From Ostreococcus lucimarinus (lineage: Eukaryota): a stretch of DNA of 64,000 bases. Positions 1-11,086 of this stretch are shown piece by piece. The notes under the pieces were generated by a model. The model saw nothing but the letters and a program-made list of their open reading frames with translations. It searched no databases and was not told where the DNA came from. A program made the position numbers and the translations under genes. Numbering within the stretch: position 1 is the first letter of the stretch; every line of letters starts with the position of its first letter. The stretch lies in the NCBI GenBank assembly GCA_000092065.1, contig CP000593.1. The stretch is one strand, 5' to 3'.

Positions 1-1147
<1,147 letters not shown>

Positions 1148-1253
1148 GCGTCGCCCTTCGCCGCGCCCGTAGCCTCACTTCGCCGCTCGCGACGTCCCGT
1201 CGTCGGTCGCCGTAAATAACGCACGCAACTCAACGCACGATCTCTCCACGGCG

Positions 1254-1937
1254 ATGTCCCTCGCGAAGACGTACCTCGCGTCGTACAACGCCGCGCTCGT
1301 CGCCGGCTGGTCCTACGTCCTCATCCTCGCCTTCGCCGCGCTCCGCACCGCCGGCCCCTCCGCCGTCTACGCCGCCGTCGAGCGCCCGCTCGCGCTCGCA
1401 CAGACCGCCGCCGTGCTCGAGATCGCGCACGCCGCGTGCGGGATCGCGCGATCGCCCGTGCTCGTCACCGCGATGCAGGTGAGCAGCAGGTTGATGGTCG
1501 TCTGGGGCGTCTTACATCTCGCCCCGGTCTCGCGCACGGCGAGTCTGGACGTCGTCGGACCGCTGAAAATCGGCGTACCGTCGCTCATGCTCGCCTGGGG
1601 CGTCACCGAGGTCGTGCGGTATAGCTTTTACTTTTTTAAGCTCGTTCGGGGCGACGTGCCGAGGGCGGTGACGTGGTGTCGATACACGTTGTTCATCGTG
1701 CTGTACCCGCTAGGCGTGAGCTCTGAGCTGTTTCTGGCGTACAGCGGGTTCAAATATTTGGTAAAAACGAACCCGTTGGCGTACGAGATGCCGAATGCGG
1801 TGAACTTTGCGTTTCATTTGCCGACGGCGATGCTCATGTTCTTCGCGGGATACGCGCCGGGCTTTCCGATGTTGTACGGGTACATGCTCGGCCAACGCAA
1901 GAAGGTTTTGGGTGCGGCGAAGAGCAAGCGCGACTGA
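1254..1937 (+). CDS. PTPLA/HACD-family very-long-chain 3-hydroxyacyl-CoA dehydratase-like membrane protein (227 aa)
   Basis: ATG at 1254. N-terminal YLASYNAALVAGW matches the PTPLA signature, with a multi-TM hydrophobic profile. Size is typical of PHS1/HACD. Confidence 0.6.
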   Translation: MSLAKTYLASYNAALVAGWSYVLILAFAALRTAGPSAVYAAVERPLALAQTAAVLEIAHAACGIARSPVLVTAMQVSSRLMVVWGVLHLAPVSRTASLDVVGPLKIGVPSLMLAWGVTEVVRYSFYFFKLVRGDVPRAVTWCRYTLFIVLYPLGVSSELFLAYSGFKYLVKTNPLAYEMPNAVNFAFHLPTAMLMFFAGYAPGFPMLYGYMLGQRKKVLGAAKSKRD

Positions 1938-2046
1938 GCGTAGTAGTATTGCCCGAGCGACGAGCGGGATCGATCGAACGGGGTAGATGTAAATGTTGAA
2001 ATATGACGTCGTCGACACGCTACTAGACTACGGGACTGCTACGGGT

Positions 2047-3078
2047 TTACATGAACAAGGGAACGCGCTCCTCGACGTTTTTCGCCAGCTTCGAATTCGA
2101 ATTCGCGCGTAAAAACTTCACCAACACCAAGTGAGTGAACATGACGAGACACAAGAACGCGTTCAGGTACACCACGGTTTCTCGACGCCAATAATTCGTC
2201 CACTGGTACGCCCAGTCGCCGTTCAGCACCATGACGTTGAACTGACCGATGATGAAAAACGTGCTGGCGTAAAAGATCGGCTGCGACATGTAGCACTTTG
2301 GGAACACCAATCGCCCGAGAGAGGCCTCGATGAGCAACAACAAGACGTTGCCCAAGTACCCTATCATGTATTGCGGCTCGAGGTAACACAGGCGCGAGGC
2401 GGGATCGAGAAACGTCGTCAACTTCCCTCTCGCGCTCGACGGCACGCACTGCGGGGCGAACGCCGCCTCAAAGAGCACGATGACGAGAAATGAAACGCTC
2501 ATCGTGAAAGCGATGGTGTACAGCGCCATAACCCAGTGTCCCAACGTGTTACACCGCCCGCTGTGGCCGAGGTAGTGATCGTGCGTCGCCGTTCTCGAAC
2601 ACATCCCCGCGAGCGACGCCAGCGTCGCGAAAAAGAAAAACAGCGTCACCGAGTGCACGGTCCAATCGTGCAGATTCAAAAAGTACGACATGTCCAACCC
2701 ATACATCTCCGTCTCCGCGTTCACCGTCAATCGCGGCGCGATTTTCTCTCGCACTTCGTAGTACGCGCACGCCGCCGTCGCGCACGCTCGATACGCCAAC
2801 AAAAACACCCCAGACTTCCCGAACGACTCCGCCCACACGCTTCGATTCGTCGCCCCGCCCGCGTACGCCAACCCACCGTTCATGCGATAGTACTGCAAGT
2901 TATCGCCCGCGAACCCGAACCACATGAACGTCGACACCGCGCTCGCCGTCGCCCACAGGTACCTCAGCGGGTCGTTCTTCCAGTCCATCGCCGCGTCCAC
3001 GTCGTTCAGCAGCTCTTGCACCTTCGTCGCGTTCACCACCGCGGTGCCGTTCACCATCGCGCGCACGAGCGACGCCAT
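2047..3078 (-). CDS. Seven-transmembrane membrane protein of unknown family (344 aa), with N-glycosylation sequons in the N-terminal tail
   Basis: True ATG at 3078 (MASLVRAMVNGTAVVNATK). Seven hydrophobic segments. The 708-aa track ORF extends a further 1.1 kb upstream but that part is Arg-rich low-complexity sequence and is treated as non-coding. Confidence 0.5.
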   Translation of the reverse strand: MASLVRAMVNGTAVVNATKVQELLNDVDAAMDWKNDPLRYLWATASAVSTFMWFGFAGDNLQYYRMNGGLAYAGGATNRSVWAESFGKSGVFLLAYRACATAACAYYEVREKIAPRLTVNAETEMYGLDMSYFLNLHDWTVHSVTLFFFFATLASLAGMCSRTATHDHYLGHSGRCNTLGHWVMALYTIAFTMSVSFLVIVLFEAAFAPQCVPSSARGKLTTFLDPASRLCYLEPQYMIGYLGNVLLLLIEASLGRLVFPKCYMSQPIFYASTFFIIGQFNVMVLNGDWAYQWTNYWRRETVVYLNAFLCLVMFTHLVLVKFLRANSNSKLAKNVEERVPLFM

Positions 3079-3282
3079 CGCGCGTCCCCGAGGGTGTTGC
3101 GCCCTCGTCGATTCGCCCGATCGAGCCCTCGCGCGCGCCCGCTCGCGCCGCGCGCGTCCCGCGCGCGTCCCGTCCGTCGCCGTCGCGTCCTCGCGCGTCG
3201 CGTCGCGGCCGTCGCGAAGTCGCGCGTCGCCGAGTCGCGTTCGTCGCGTCACTCGCGCGCGCAACACCAATCGTTCGCAAAA

Positions 3283-3810
3283 ATGTTCGCGTCGACGCTC
3301 TCGCGCGCCGCCGTCGTCGCCGCCGCGCGCGCGCCGGACGCGGACGCGTCCATCGCGTCGCGCCGCGCCGCGGTCGCCGCGGGCGCGCTCGCGGTCGCGC
3401 TCGCGCCGCGCGGCGCGCGCGCGCGCGGCCTGCCGACGCTCGAGTGCGCGAACGAACTCGTCGTCGGCGCGCGCGGGCTGGCGTTCTGCGACGCCGTCGT
3501 CGGCGACGGCGCGACGCCGACGGCGTCGAGCGTCATCAAGGCGCACTACGTCGGGCGGTTGGAGAGCGGACGCGCGTTCGACTCGAGCTACGAGCGCGGC
3601 GCGCCGCTGCAGTTTAAACCGTCGCAGGTGATTCAGGGCTGGGGACTCGGGATCTGCGGCGACGGCGACGCGATACCCGCGATGCGCGTGGGAGGGAAGC
3701 GACGGTTGGTGATCCCGCCGGAGCTCGGGTACGGGGCGCGAGGCGCGGGAGGGGCGATACCGCCGAACGCGACGCTGTACTTCGACGTCGAGCTCGTCGC
3801 CGTCGCGTGA
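3283..3810 (+). CDS. FKBP-type peptidyl-prolyl cis-trans isomerase with an Ala/Arg/Ser-rich N-terminal presequence (175 aa), probably organellar
   Basis: ATG at 3283 (MFASTLSRAAVVAAARAP). FKBP domain motifs: VIKAHYVGRLESGRAFDSSYERGAPLQFKPSQVIQGWG...RRLVIPPELGYGARGAGGAIPPNATLYFDVELV. Stop at 3808-3810. It is divergent from the 7TM gene with a 204-bp shared upstream region. Confidence 0.85.
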   Translation: MFASTLSRAAVVAAARAPDADASIASRRAAVAAGALAVALAPRGARARGLPTLECANELVVGARGLAFCDAVVGDGATPTASSVIKAHYVGRLESGRAFDSSYERGAPLQFKPSQVIQGWGLGICGDGDAIPAMRVGGKRRLVIPPELGYGARGAGGAIPPNATLYFDVELVAVA

Positions 3811-3880
3811 GGCCGACGTCGTCGCGCGTCGGTCGCGCTGGTGACGGTTAGCGTTTTGAATACTTTTGTTCATCTGTTTC

Positions 3881-3960
3881 GTTTCGTTTCGTTTCGTTTC
3901 GTCTTCGTCGTCGTCTTCGTCGTCGTCTTCGTCTTCGTCTTCGCGGCGCCGCGGCGACGG
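3881..3960. repeat. Compound microsatellite: (GTTTC)n, then (GTCTTCGTC)-type repeats, then (CGACGG)n
   Basis: Direct reading: gtttcgtttcgtttcgtttcgtcttcgtcgtcgtcttcgtcgtcgtcttcgtcttcgtcttcgcggcgccgcggcgacggcgacggcgacggcgacggcg, in the intergenic region downstream of FKBP. Confidence 0.8.
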
Positions 3961-4087
3961 CGACGGCGACGGCGACGGCGTCGCCGCACACGACGTCGCG
4001 CAAAAGCGTCGACTTACGCGCCCGCTCGAACGTCGCGAACGCGTCATGCCCATCTTCTGAACCATCAAAACGGCCGCCGACGGCGCG

Positions 4088-4243
4088 ATGTACGCCGTCG
4101 GCGCGACCGATAAGCTGCAAGGCACCGGCGTGTGGAGCTTCATCAAGGCTGAGCGCGACTCCGGCGCGAACAAGGCGGCGAATAAGACGAAGCGACCGGA
4201 GCAAAAGAAGAAGACGCCGCAGCGCTTCCCCGGGGGGAAGTGA
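4088..4243 (+). CDS. Possible small basic-tailed ORF (51 aa), unassigned
   Basis: ATG-initiated ORF MYAVGATDKLQGTGVWSFIKAERDSGANKAANKTKRPEQKKKTPQRFPGGK* in a 770-bp region that is otherwise gene-free. It has a normal (not Arg-run) composition and an in-frame stop 30 nt upstream. No family was recognised. Confidence 0.15.
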   Translation: MYAVGATDKLQGTGVWSFIKAERDSGANKAANKTKRPEQKKKTPQRFPGGK

Positions 4244-4578
4244 CGGGACGGCGAAGCTCGGTTCGAGCGCGCGGTGAGCGCGAAAGGTTACGTTATCTAA
4301 AGTGACGTGGCCTTCGGGACGCGCGAGCGAACGAAGAAACGACGAAACGACGCCGCGGCGCGCGCGCACGTGACGGGCATCGAACGAAATCGACTTCATA
4401 GTGAGTGTTCGAAGTTCGTGCTCCGATGACGCGCGCGCGTTGATGGTGAATCGTGATGTTGTTTAGTTTTTTACGCGGCGCCGGCGAGGGAGCGCGAACA
4501 GACCGCGTTTGTAGTGTGACCACGTTTTATGATTGTCGCTATGAATACGCTATGTTTTCTTACACTGTACGTTTCGTC

Positions 4579-7500
4579 CTAGTCGAGCCATGCCGGTCGC
4601 CTGGCGCCGTCGAATCGTTGATCATCGTTCTCGTAATCGCTAAAGGATTGACTTCGCTGCGTCGACGCGTCGTCGTCGAGCGTGTCGGCGTCGGAGGCGG
4701 AGTCCCACTCATGATCATCCGCGACGAACGCGTCGGAGTGCCCGAACGCGTTGTTTTCGACGTGATTGTAGTCGCTTCCAACCCCCAAAGCGCGAACATC
4801 GACCACTGGTACGCCGTAATGTCCGCCGTCGCGCTGGCGCGTGCCGCGAGAGCCTCGCTTCGCGGTCGCGGCGTCGCCGCCGTATATCTTTGAACCGGTC
4901 TTACGCACCCAAGGCGCGCCACCGTCGTACTCGCGTTCGTTATCATAACGATGATGAATCAGCTCCGCGATATCATCGTCGTCGCCTTGTCCGAGCGACC
5001 ACGCGTCTCGCGAGTTCACCGAGTCGCCGCGCACGGGGCCTCCCGCGTACGAGCCTAGTTTCATTTTGGCCGCCGCGACAGTGCTCTTGTCGAACAAGAA
5101 CGCGTAATCGGGCTGATATTCGGGACGGTACGTCTCCGAACCGACGATTAACCCGGTCATGATGGCTTCGTGATACTGAGGTAAGTTTTTCCACGAGCGC
5201 GCGATGTCTCGACGCGACTTGCCCCAGTTATGCCACGCGACTGCGATTTGCCACAAACCCATGACGCCCAAAAGGGCGAAGAACATACCCATGAACGGCA
5301 TCCCCGCTTCGCTGAACGGTCGTTCTGCGAAACGCAGCTGTACGCGTGGCGGTGGAGCGACGAAATCTCCCGCCGACAACGCCCCGACTGTCGCGTCGCG
5401 ATACTGATGAAAGTACGTCGTCGCGACGCCGGTGCTTTGCACGATGGCCGTGAGCGCGCCGTTGTCGTGCGGCGGGTTTAATATTTCACCCCCAATCTCA
5501 TACGCAAGCGGAGGAGCATTGTTCTTACTCGAATGTTCAAAGTCTTTCGTCGGTTTCGCCAAATCAGGTGTCCAGTGGTACGAGAACATCCAAAGACCGA
5601 TGAGAGCGTGAATCGAGACTGAGATGAAAAGCACCTTCGCCGCCGTCATGGGAAGCGTGCTCTTCGATCTTTCGGGCAACTTGCACACTTTCAACAGGAG
5701 GCGGTAATCGTACAGGTACACCAACACGAAGTACATCGACAAAACCAAGTATATCAGCGGCATACCGCTCGAAAAGGTCATCGCCGCCATAATCGTAAAG
5801 CAAACGTCGCCGCACTTGGCGCCGGTGTCAAACGATGGCCCTTCAAACGCCTTGTTCAGCTTTGCTTGCGTGTGACAGTACGCCACGGAGAATTTTCGAC
5901 CGACATGCGTGATGATGTCTACAAGTACTCGAGCCAAAATACGTATCGTCACGCTCATCATGATTGCGAAAAACAACACCAAGCCGACGTCGTTGAACCA
6001 TTCGCTCGTGAAATCTGCGTACTCGCCTTTGAGCCCAAACATTTGCTTGATGAGCGGGAAATACCTGCCAATGTGATAGAAATTGGCGTTGAGCAAGCCA
6101 TAAATAACCGCGACGTTCAAATATCGCACCCAGAAGATTATTTTCGTCTTGAGCACCTTCGTGGCACTGCGCGTGCGCAAACGTTCTGCGGCGACGAGGA
6201 GGGGCACAATCCATTCGAGGAGGACGTTCATGAGCGTAATGCAAAACGACACCCACAACCAGTTGTAATACTCTCCTGGACCGAGGTTCACGTATTTCGC
6301 GCACGAGTGGCGAATGGCTTTGTTGTATGCCCGAACAACCTCCGAAGTTAAGCCGTACTTCAGACTGGCGCAGTAGCACGCGTGACAGTTTTGCATCGTC
6401 GGACCTCCCGGACAACGGTTGGTGTCTTGGGCGCAATTCGTCAAATCACGAACCGCATCCTGCTGAGCGTAACGACGATCTAAGAGTGTGGCGTTGGGGT
6501 AGTCGTAGAAAGCGTAAATTGGCGCCCCCCAAGGCATGCCAACGTACGTTTTGTCCTTGGAAAAAGCCACGCCGCATTGGTCCAAGCGAGCTCTGCATGC
6601 TGTCCTGAACTGATTCTTATGCGTCTCGAATTGCTCAACCGGATTACCGTGGGCGACGACAATGCCAACATCGTCCGCAAGCGTAGTGACCATCATGTCT
6701 GCGTTCTCCCACAGCTTCTCCTTGTCATCCACGAGCATCTTCAAAAAGCCGTAACACAAGAGCACGACGGCCGAGCACGAGAATAGCACGACGAGTCGAC
6801 GCCATGAGCGATTCGAGAGATTCAGATTCTCGAATCGTACGTCCTCAGGTTCGGGAGCATCTCGCACTCTGTACTTCCGCTTTCCTCGGAAACGCTCTTT
6901 CCTAGGAAACGCAAAGATGTACGACATTATACTGCGCGTGTTGCGCAATATACAATCAATCTTTGAGCCTTCGGTTTCAAACGTGATGAAAGCACTACAC
7001 TGTTTCGCCCGCGTTCGCGCTCTTCTGCGCTTCAATTTCCTATCCACAGCCAATATCTCGTTTTCTATAGCCGTCTTCGTGCCGTCACCTCCGCGATTAC
7101 CTGCGGCGATGAGCGCAGCTTCGGCTTCGTCGTAATCCTCCAACAAGCGCCGACGCCGTCGCTGCGCGTTGATTTGCATACACTCCGTCTTTACGAGCAC
7201 GACGTCGGCTACCGTCCCAAACCTGAGCGCGAAAAAGCATCGCACTTCTTCATCGGTCGCATCGCTTGGTAATCCTGTAACTAATACCGTGTAATCCTTC
7301 AACGTCGCCGTCCCTCTCTCGACCCGTCGCTCCGTACGCATCAACACAAGCATAATCACTGGAACGCTCAATATAATTATCAAGGACACCACGACATCCA
7401 TCACCACCGAAAATCGAATGAAATCTATCTTACTGGAGCTCCACCGCAGCACCCCACTCGTTGTCCCCGCGAGCACCCACGCTCGTTGCGGCACATCGTC

Positions 7501-8031
7501 AGGCGCCACGGTCCCCAAGCTCGCGCTCATCGGATTCGCCCAGTGCCAATCGACGAACCACGAGTGAAACGACGTCGTCGGGCGTCCACTGAGCGCGTCC
7601 GCCGTCGGCGCTGTCGCGGTTTCAGGCTCCGCTTCGTAATGCGACGCGTAATACGTGCTCGTGTAATTAATGAACATCGCGGGCAAATTCAACGCGAACG
7701 CCGCGAAGAACAAGCACGCGAACGCCCGCAGCACGAAAAAGTATCCCGATACCCCCGCCCCGAACTCCAATCCCAAGTCTACTTCGGAGTCAAAATATTT
7801 AAGTTTTTCCAATTTCCCATCCTCGCTCAGCAGTCTCGGCTGCGCGCTGTCCGCGTGCGTCGCCGCCTCTTCCGCGCTCGGCGGCAGGTACACCCCGCGT
7901 TCCCGCTCCACGTCGCGGTGATCCTTCACCCGCGCGTCCTCGAACGCCTTTGTCGACAGCACCTTATCCGACGCGATTCGTGCGTCCGCACGCGCGCGCG
8001 CGGGCGTCGCTGGCGTCCAATTCGTGTCCAT
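4579..8031 (-). CDS. Large multi-pass membrane protein, OSCA/TMEM63/CSC1-like (DUF221) putative calcium-permeable cation channel (about 1150 aa)
   Basis: ATG at 8031 (MDTNWTP...); the track start at 8049 is GTG. N-terminal TM helices are followed by a cytosolic RRM-like domain (DYTVLVTGLPSDATDEEVRCFF...CSAFITFETEGSKIDCIL), resembling the PHM7_cyt domain of OSCA/TMEM63. Then about 8 further TM segments. Family assignment is by architecture and is not certain. Confidence 0.5.
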   Translation of the reverse strand: MDTNWTPATPARARADARIASDKVLSTKAFEDARVKDHRDVERERGVYLPPSAEEAATHADSAQPRLLSEDGKLEKLKYFDSEVDLGLEFGAGVSGYFFVLRAFACLFFAAFALNLPAMFINYTSTYYASHYEAEPETATAPTADALSGRPTTSFHSWFVDWHWANPMSASLGTVAPDDVPQRAWVLAGTTSGVLRWSSSKIDFIRFSVVMDVVVSLIIILSVPVIMLVLMRTERRVERGTATLKDYTVLVTGLPSDATDEEVRCFFALRFGTVADVVLVKTECMQINAQRRRRRLLEDYDEAEAALIAAGNRGGDGTKTAIENEILAVDRKLKRRRARTRAKQCSAFITFETEGSKIDCILRNTRSIMSYIFAFPRKERFRGKRKYRVRDAPEPEDVRFENLNLSNRSWRRLVVLFSCSAVVLLCYGFLKMLVDDKEKLWENADMMVTTLADDVGIVVAHGNPVEQFETHKNQFRTACRARLDQCGVAFSKDKTYVGMPWGAPIYAFYDYPNATLLDRRYAQQDAVRDLTNCAQDTNRCPGGPTMQNCHACYCASLKYGLTSEVVRAYNKAIRHSCAKYVNLGPGEYYNWLWVSFCITLMNVLLEWIVPLLVAAERLRTRSATKVLKTKIIFWVRYLNVAVIYGLLNANFYHIGRYFPLIKQMFGLKGEYADFTSEWFNDVGLVLFFAIMMSVTIRILARVLVDIITHVGRKFSVAYCHTQAKLNKAFEGPSFDTGAKCGDVCFTIMAAMTFSSGMPLIYLVLSMYFVLVYLYDYRLLLKVCKLPERSKSTLPMTAAKVLFISVSIHALIGLWMFSYHWTPDLAKPTKDFEHSSKNNAPPLAYEIGGEILNPPHDNGALTAIVQSTGVATTYFHQYRDATVGALSAGDFVAPPPRVQLRFAERPFSEAGMPFMGMFFALLGVMGLWQIAVAWHNWGKSRRDIARSWKNLPQYHEAIMTGLIVGSETYRPEYQPDYAFLFDKSTVAAAKMKLGSYAGGPVRGDSVNSRDAWSLGQGDDDDIAELIHHRYDNEREYDGGAPWVRKTGSKIYGGDAATAKRGSRGTRQRDGGHYGVPVVDVRALGVGSDYNHVENNAFGHSDAFVADDHEWDSASDADTLDDDASTQRSQSFSDYENDDQRFDGARRPAWLD

Positions 8032-8422
8032 TCCGCGTCGGTTTTGCACCGAATTTCGCGAATTTGCGGAATGCCGCGGGGTCGTTACGTCGACGAGCGT
8101 CGCGCACCGACGCGCGCCACGCGCGCGCGCGCGGTTGAGCTTTCAACACGACGCGTACTATCGCCCGACGCGCGCGTGGCGCGTTTACGGTGCGTTCGCG
8201 GCGATGCGAGGCGGCGGTGTTTGACGCGCGGGACCCCGTCCTCGCGGTTCCTTCCCCCTCTGGCTCGCGAGAACCACATTCGACGGATTCGGTGCGGAAG
8301 CGCGCGGTTGCGTTCGCGAGGGTGCTTGAGTAACGTGATATTACAACTTTTGGCGCGGGCGCCGCGCGCGCGGCGCGCGCCGACGGGTTTCGCCGTCGAT
8401 CGACGGGGCGTCGGATTCGCAG

Positions 8423-10033
8423 TCACGCCGAGTCGGAGCCCGAACCGTCGTCGGAATCGGAATCGGATTCCGCGCCGCCGCCGGCGAGTTGTGCGGACAC
8501 TTCGTCGCTGAGTGGTGTGATGCACGTCCATTTCGGACGATTACCGAGATCGAGTTTCCACACGTCGTCGAGGGAAACTTCTACGTCGCCGAGCTCGACG
8601 ACGCCGCCGAACAAGTACATGCTATTCGCCTTGATCGCTATGGCGGCGTTGATTCGTCCGCGAGGTTTCGGGAGGGATTTCGGCGGCGCCTCTCCACTTC
8701 CGGGTGAGTACAGCAACTCGCTCACGACGCCACCGACCTTGTATAGCTTGTACGCCTTGCGAACTTGATAACCGCGAAAGTGAGCTTGAATCTTAATCGC
8801 CGCCCGGTGCGCCTCGCTGCGAATATTAAAGTTTTCGTTCACCACGTCCCCGGCGGCGACGCGCTCGGCCTCTTCCAAGCTCCCCGCTTTGTGTGTTTTC
8901 GTCTTATCTTCGCCGTACAAGGTGACAGGGAACCATTTCTTGGCCTCCATGTTCAAGTTGTACGCGTCGGTGAAGAACTCAGAGACGATGACGTCGCCGC
9001 GCTTGACCTCGTGATCCACGACGCCGCCGAACAACACTAAACGCTTCTTCAACGCGTGCATCGCACTCGACGCCCCTGCGCGCGCGCTCGGCGCTAATCC
9101 TTGTCGCTTCAGCTTTTCCCATCGCCACGTCTTTAAATCTAACTTCCAAGCGTCTGAAAACGTCGTCCCGCGTTCGCTACGATCCTCGTCGGCGTCGCCG
9201 TCGTTGTCAACGTTTTTACAATACCCTCCGTACACGATGAACGCGTCATCGTGCACGCCCACGTGACACGCGCTGCGCGGACTCGGTCCGAGCGCTCCCT
9301 CGCCCCCCGCGCACCGACACTTCCACTCGCTCTTCTCGAAATCGTACTCCCACGCGTCGTTGTAATACCGAACCTCGCGTCCAGTGTCGTAAAACCCGCC
9401 GAATAAGATCGCCTTCTTCCCCCAAATCGCCATCCTATGCCCCGACCGCGCGCTTGGCCCTCCCTTCGCCGGCATTGCCTCCCAAATGTTACTCTCCAAA
9501 TCAAATCTCCAGCAGTCGCGATGGTGTAAAAACCGCTCTTGATTCGGCGACGTAAACTCTCCCCCGAACACGTACACGTACCCCCCGTACGCCAACGCCT
9601 GATGTCCCGACCTCGGATGCGGTCCTTTCGCGTTCGATACCTTCGTCCATCGATCGCGGTCGACGTCGTATCGATACAAATCACCGTACACGACGCATTT
9701 TTCATCCCCCGGCGTCACGCGTTCGCCGCCGTACAAAATCAACTCATTCCCTCTCCCAACCACAGTCGCCGTCAGCGACGCGTGTCCTCGCGCCTGCGGT
9801 CGCGGGCAATCCTTCTCCACCTCCACCTCCGCGCGCCGCGCGTCCTCTATCGCCATCGCGGCTAAAATAGCGTCGATGTCATCCTCCACCAGTCCTCTCT
9901 CCAGCCGTCTGTGATTTTTTTCCGCATTCTTCTCTCGTTTCAGCGCCGTCTTCGTCGCCCCCGTACGCTTATCCGCGCTCACCTTGCCGAGCTTCTTCGC
10001 CACTTTCTTCCGCTTGTCGCGTCCGCCGCCCAT
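8423..10033 (-). CDS. Kelch-repeat protein, KLHDC4 ortholog-like (536 aa) with C-terminal IQ motif
   Basis: ATG at 10033 (MGGGRDKRKKVAKKLGKV). Kelch blades: LILYGGE, YVYVFGGEFTSPNQERFLHHRDCWRFDLESNIWEAMPAKGGPSARSGHRMAIWGKKAILFGGFYD (near-identical pattern to KLHDC4). IQ motif AAIKIQAHFRGYQVRKAYK. The track ORF extends 117 codons further upstream through Arg-rich sequence. Confidence 0.8.
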   Translation of the reverse strand: MGGGRDKRKKVAKKLGKVSADKRTGATKTALKREKNAEKNHRRLERGLVEDDIDAILAAMAIEDARRAEVEVEKDCPRPQARGHASLTATVVGRGNELILYGGERVTPGDEKCVVYGDLYRYDVDRDRWTKVSNAKGPHPRSGHQALAYGGYVYVFGGEFTSPNQERFLHHRDCWRFDLESNIWEAMPAKGGPSARSGHRMAIWGKKAILFGGFYDTGREVRYYNDAWEYDFEKSEWKCRCAGGEGALGPSPRSACHVGVHDDAFIVYGGYCKNVDNDGDADEDRSERGTTFSDAWKLDLKTWRWEKLKRQGLAPSARAGASSAMHALKKRLVLFGGVVDHEVKRGDVIVSEFFTDAYNLNMEAKKWFPVTLYGEDKTKTHKAGSLEEAERVAAGDVVNENFNIRSEAHRAAIKIQAHFRGYQVRKAYKLYKVGGVVSELLYSPGSGEAPPKSLPKPRGRINAAIAIKANSMYLFGGVVELGDVEVSLDDVWKLDLGNRPKWTCITPLSDEVSAQLAGGGAESDSDSDDGSGSDSA

Positions 10034-10132
10034 GGCGCGTCGCGCCGCGCGCGTCGTCGTAAAGTGTCGTCGTCGTCGTCCCGCTCGTCTCGTCCCGACG
10101 GCGACGGTTCGCGACAGTGCGCGACGCGCGCG

Positions 10133-11000
10133 ATGGCGAACACGCTCGAGGAGTGGTACGCGAGCGTGCCGACGGTGACGCGCATGTACCTCACGCTGAC
10201 GTTCGCCGTCACCGTGGGCTGCGCGCTCGAGGTGCGTCGACGGAAGCGCTCGATTGGATTCGACGCCGAGCGACGAAGATTCGATTCGCGCGGCGAAGGG
10301 GGCGACGCGCGCGAACGGCGGGAGACTGACGACGCGCGCGCGCGACTCGACGCAGTTGATCTCGCCGCTGAACGTGTACTTCAACAGTAAGCTGATATTT
10401 CAAGAGTACGAGCTGTGGCGGTTGGTGACGAATTTCTTCTTCTTCGGCTCGCTCGGCGTCGACTTCGTGTTTCACATGTTCTTCCTGAGCCGGTACTGTC
10501 GAATGCTCGAGGAAGGGTCGTTTCAGGGACGGTCGTGCGATTTCTTTTACATGCTGCTGTTCGGGGGGACGCTGTTGACGGCGTTCGCGCCGTTCGTCAA
10601 CGTGCAATTTTTGGGGACGAGCCTGACGTTTATGATGGTGTACGTGTGGGGACGGAGAAACGCGGCGACGCAGATGTCGTTTTTGGGGTTGTTCAACTTC
10701 ACGGCGCCGTATTTACCGTGGGTGTTGCTGATTTTTTCCACCTTGATCGGATCGCAGCCGATCACGGATGCGCTAGGAATGATCGCCGGACACGCGTATT
10801 ACTTTTTGAAGGACGTGTATCCGGAGATGACGGGGAGGGAGCCGTTGAAAACGCCCGCAATCGTGTGCGCTTTGTTCGGTACGCGGCAGAGATTAGTCGA
10901 CACGGATGGGGTGCAAACGCGTGCGGCGCGACGCGCGCGGCGCGACGCGGGGGCGGCTGTCGAGGGAGCCGCTGGGGCGCCGCGAGACTTGAACGAGTAA
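10133..11000 (+). CDS. Derlin (Der1-like ERAD component), two exons: 10133..10231 and 10356..11000 (248 aa)
   Basis: Exon 1 MANTLEEWYASVPTVTRMYLTLTFAVTVGCALE matches the Derlin N-terminus (MAQAVEEWY...TTVGCSLE). Exon 2 LISPLNVYFNSKLIFQEYELWRLVTNFFFFG... matches the Derlin core. Joined across a GT...AG intron, in phase. It is divergent from the KLHDC4-like gene, with only 99 bp between the two ATGs. Confidence 0.85.
10232..10355 (+). other. Spliceosomal intron (124 nt) of the Derlin gene, introner-like family member
   Basis: Donor GTGCGTCGAC. Internal gcgctcgattggattcgacg and cgaagattcgattcgcg. Branch region GAGACTGACGACG. Acceptor CGCAG. The intron removes an in-frame stop and causes a frame change between the two ORF-track pieces. 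Confidence 0.8.
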
Positions 11001-11086
11001 AGCGACGATATAGAAAGCGACGATATAGAAATGTTGTGAACGAGACGACTTAGAATTGACAAGAAAAGAAAGCCTTTCGCGCTATT

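Noticed and set aside
2536-3282. N-terminal 249 codons of the 424-aa plus-strand track ORF that ends in the FKBP domain
   Set aside because: Pure Arg/His/Pro-rich low complexity, antisense to the well-supported 7TM gene. The FKBP has its own ATG at 3283 followed by a presequence-like segment. The upstream portion is a shadow ORF.
3079-4173. Upstream 365 codons of the 708-aa minus-strand ORF (Arg/Asp-rich: RRRRRRAVADDG..., DEDEDDDEDDDEDE)
   Set aside because: Low-complexity; overlaps the FKBP gene antisense and the microsatellite. The real 7TM protein begins at ATG 3078 with an N-glycosylated extracellular tail.
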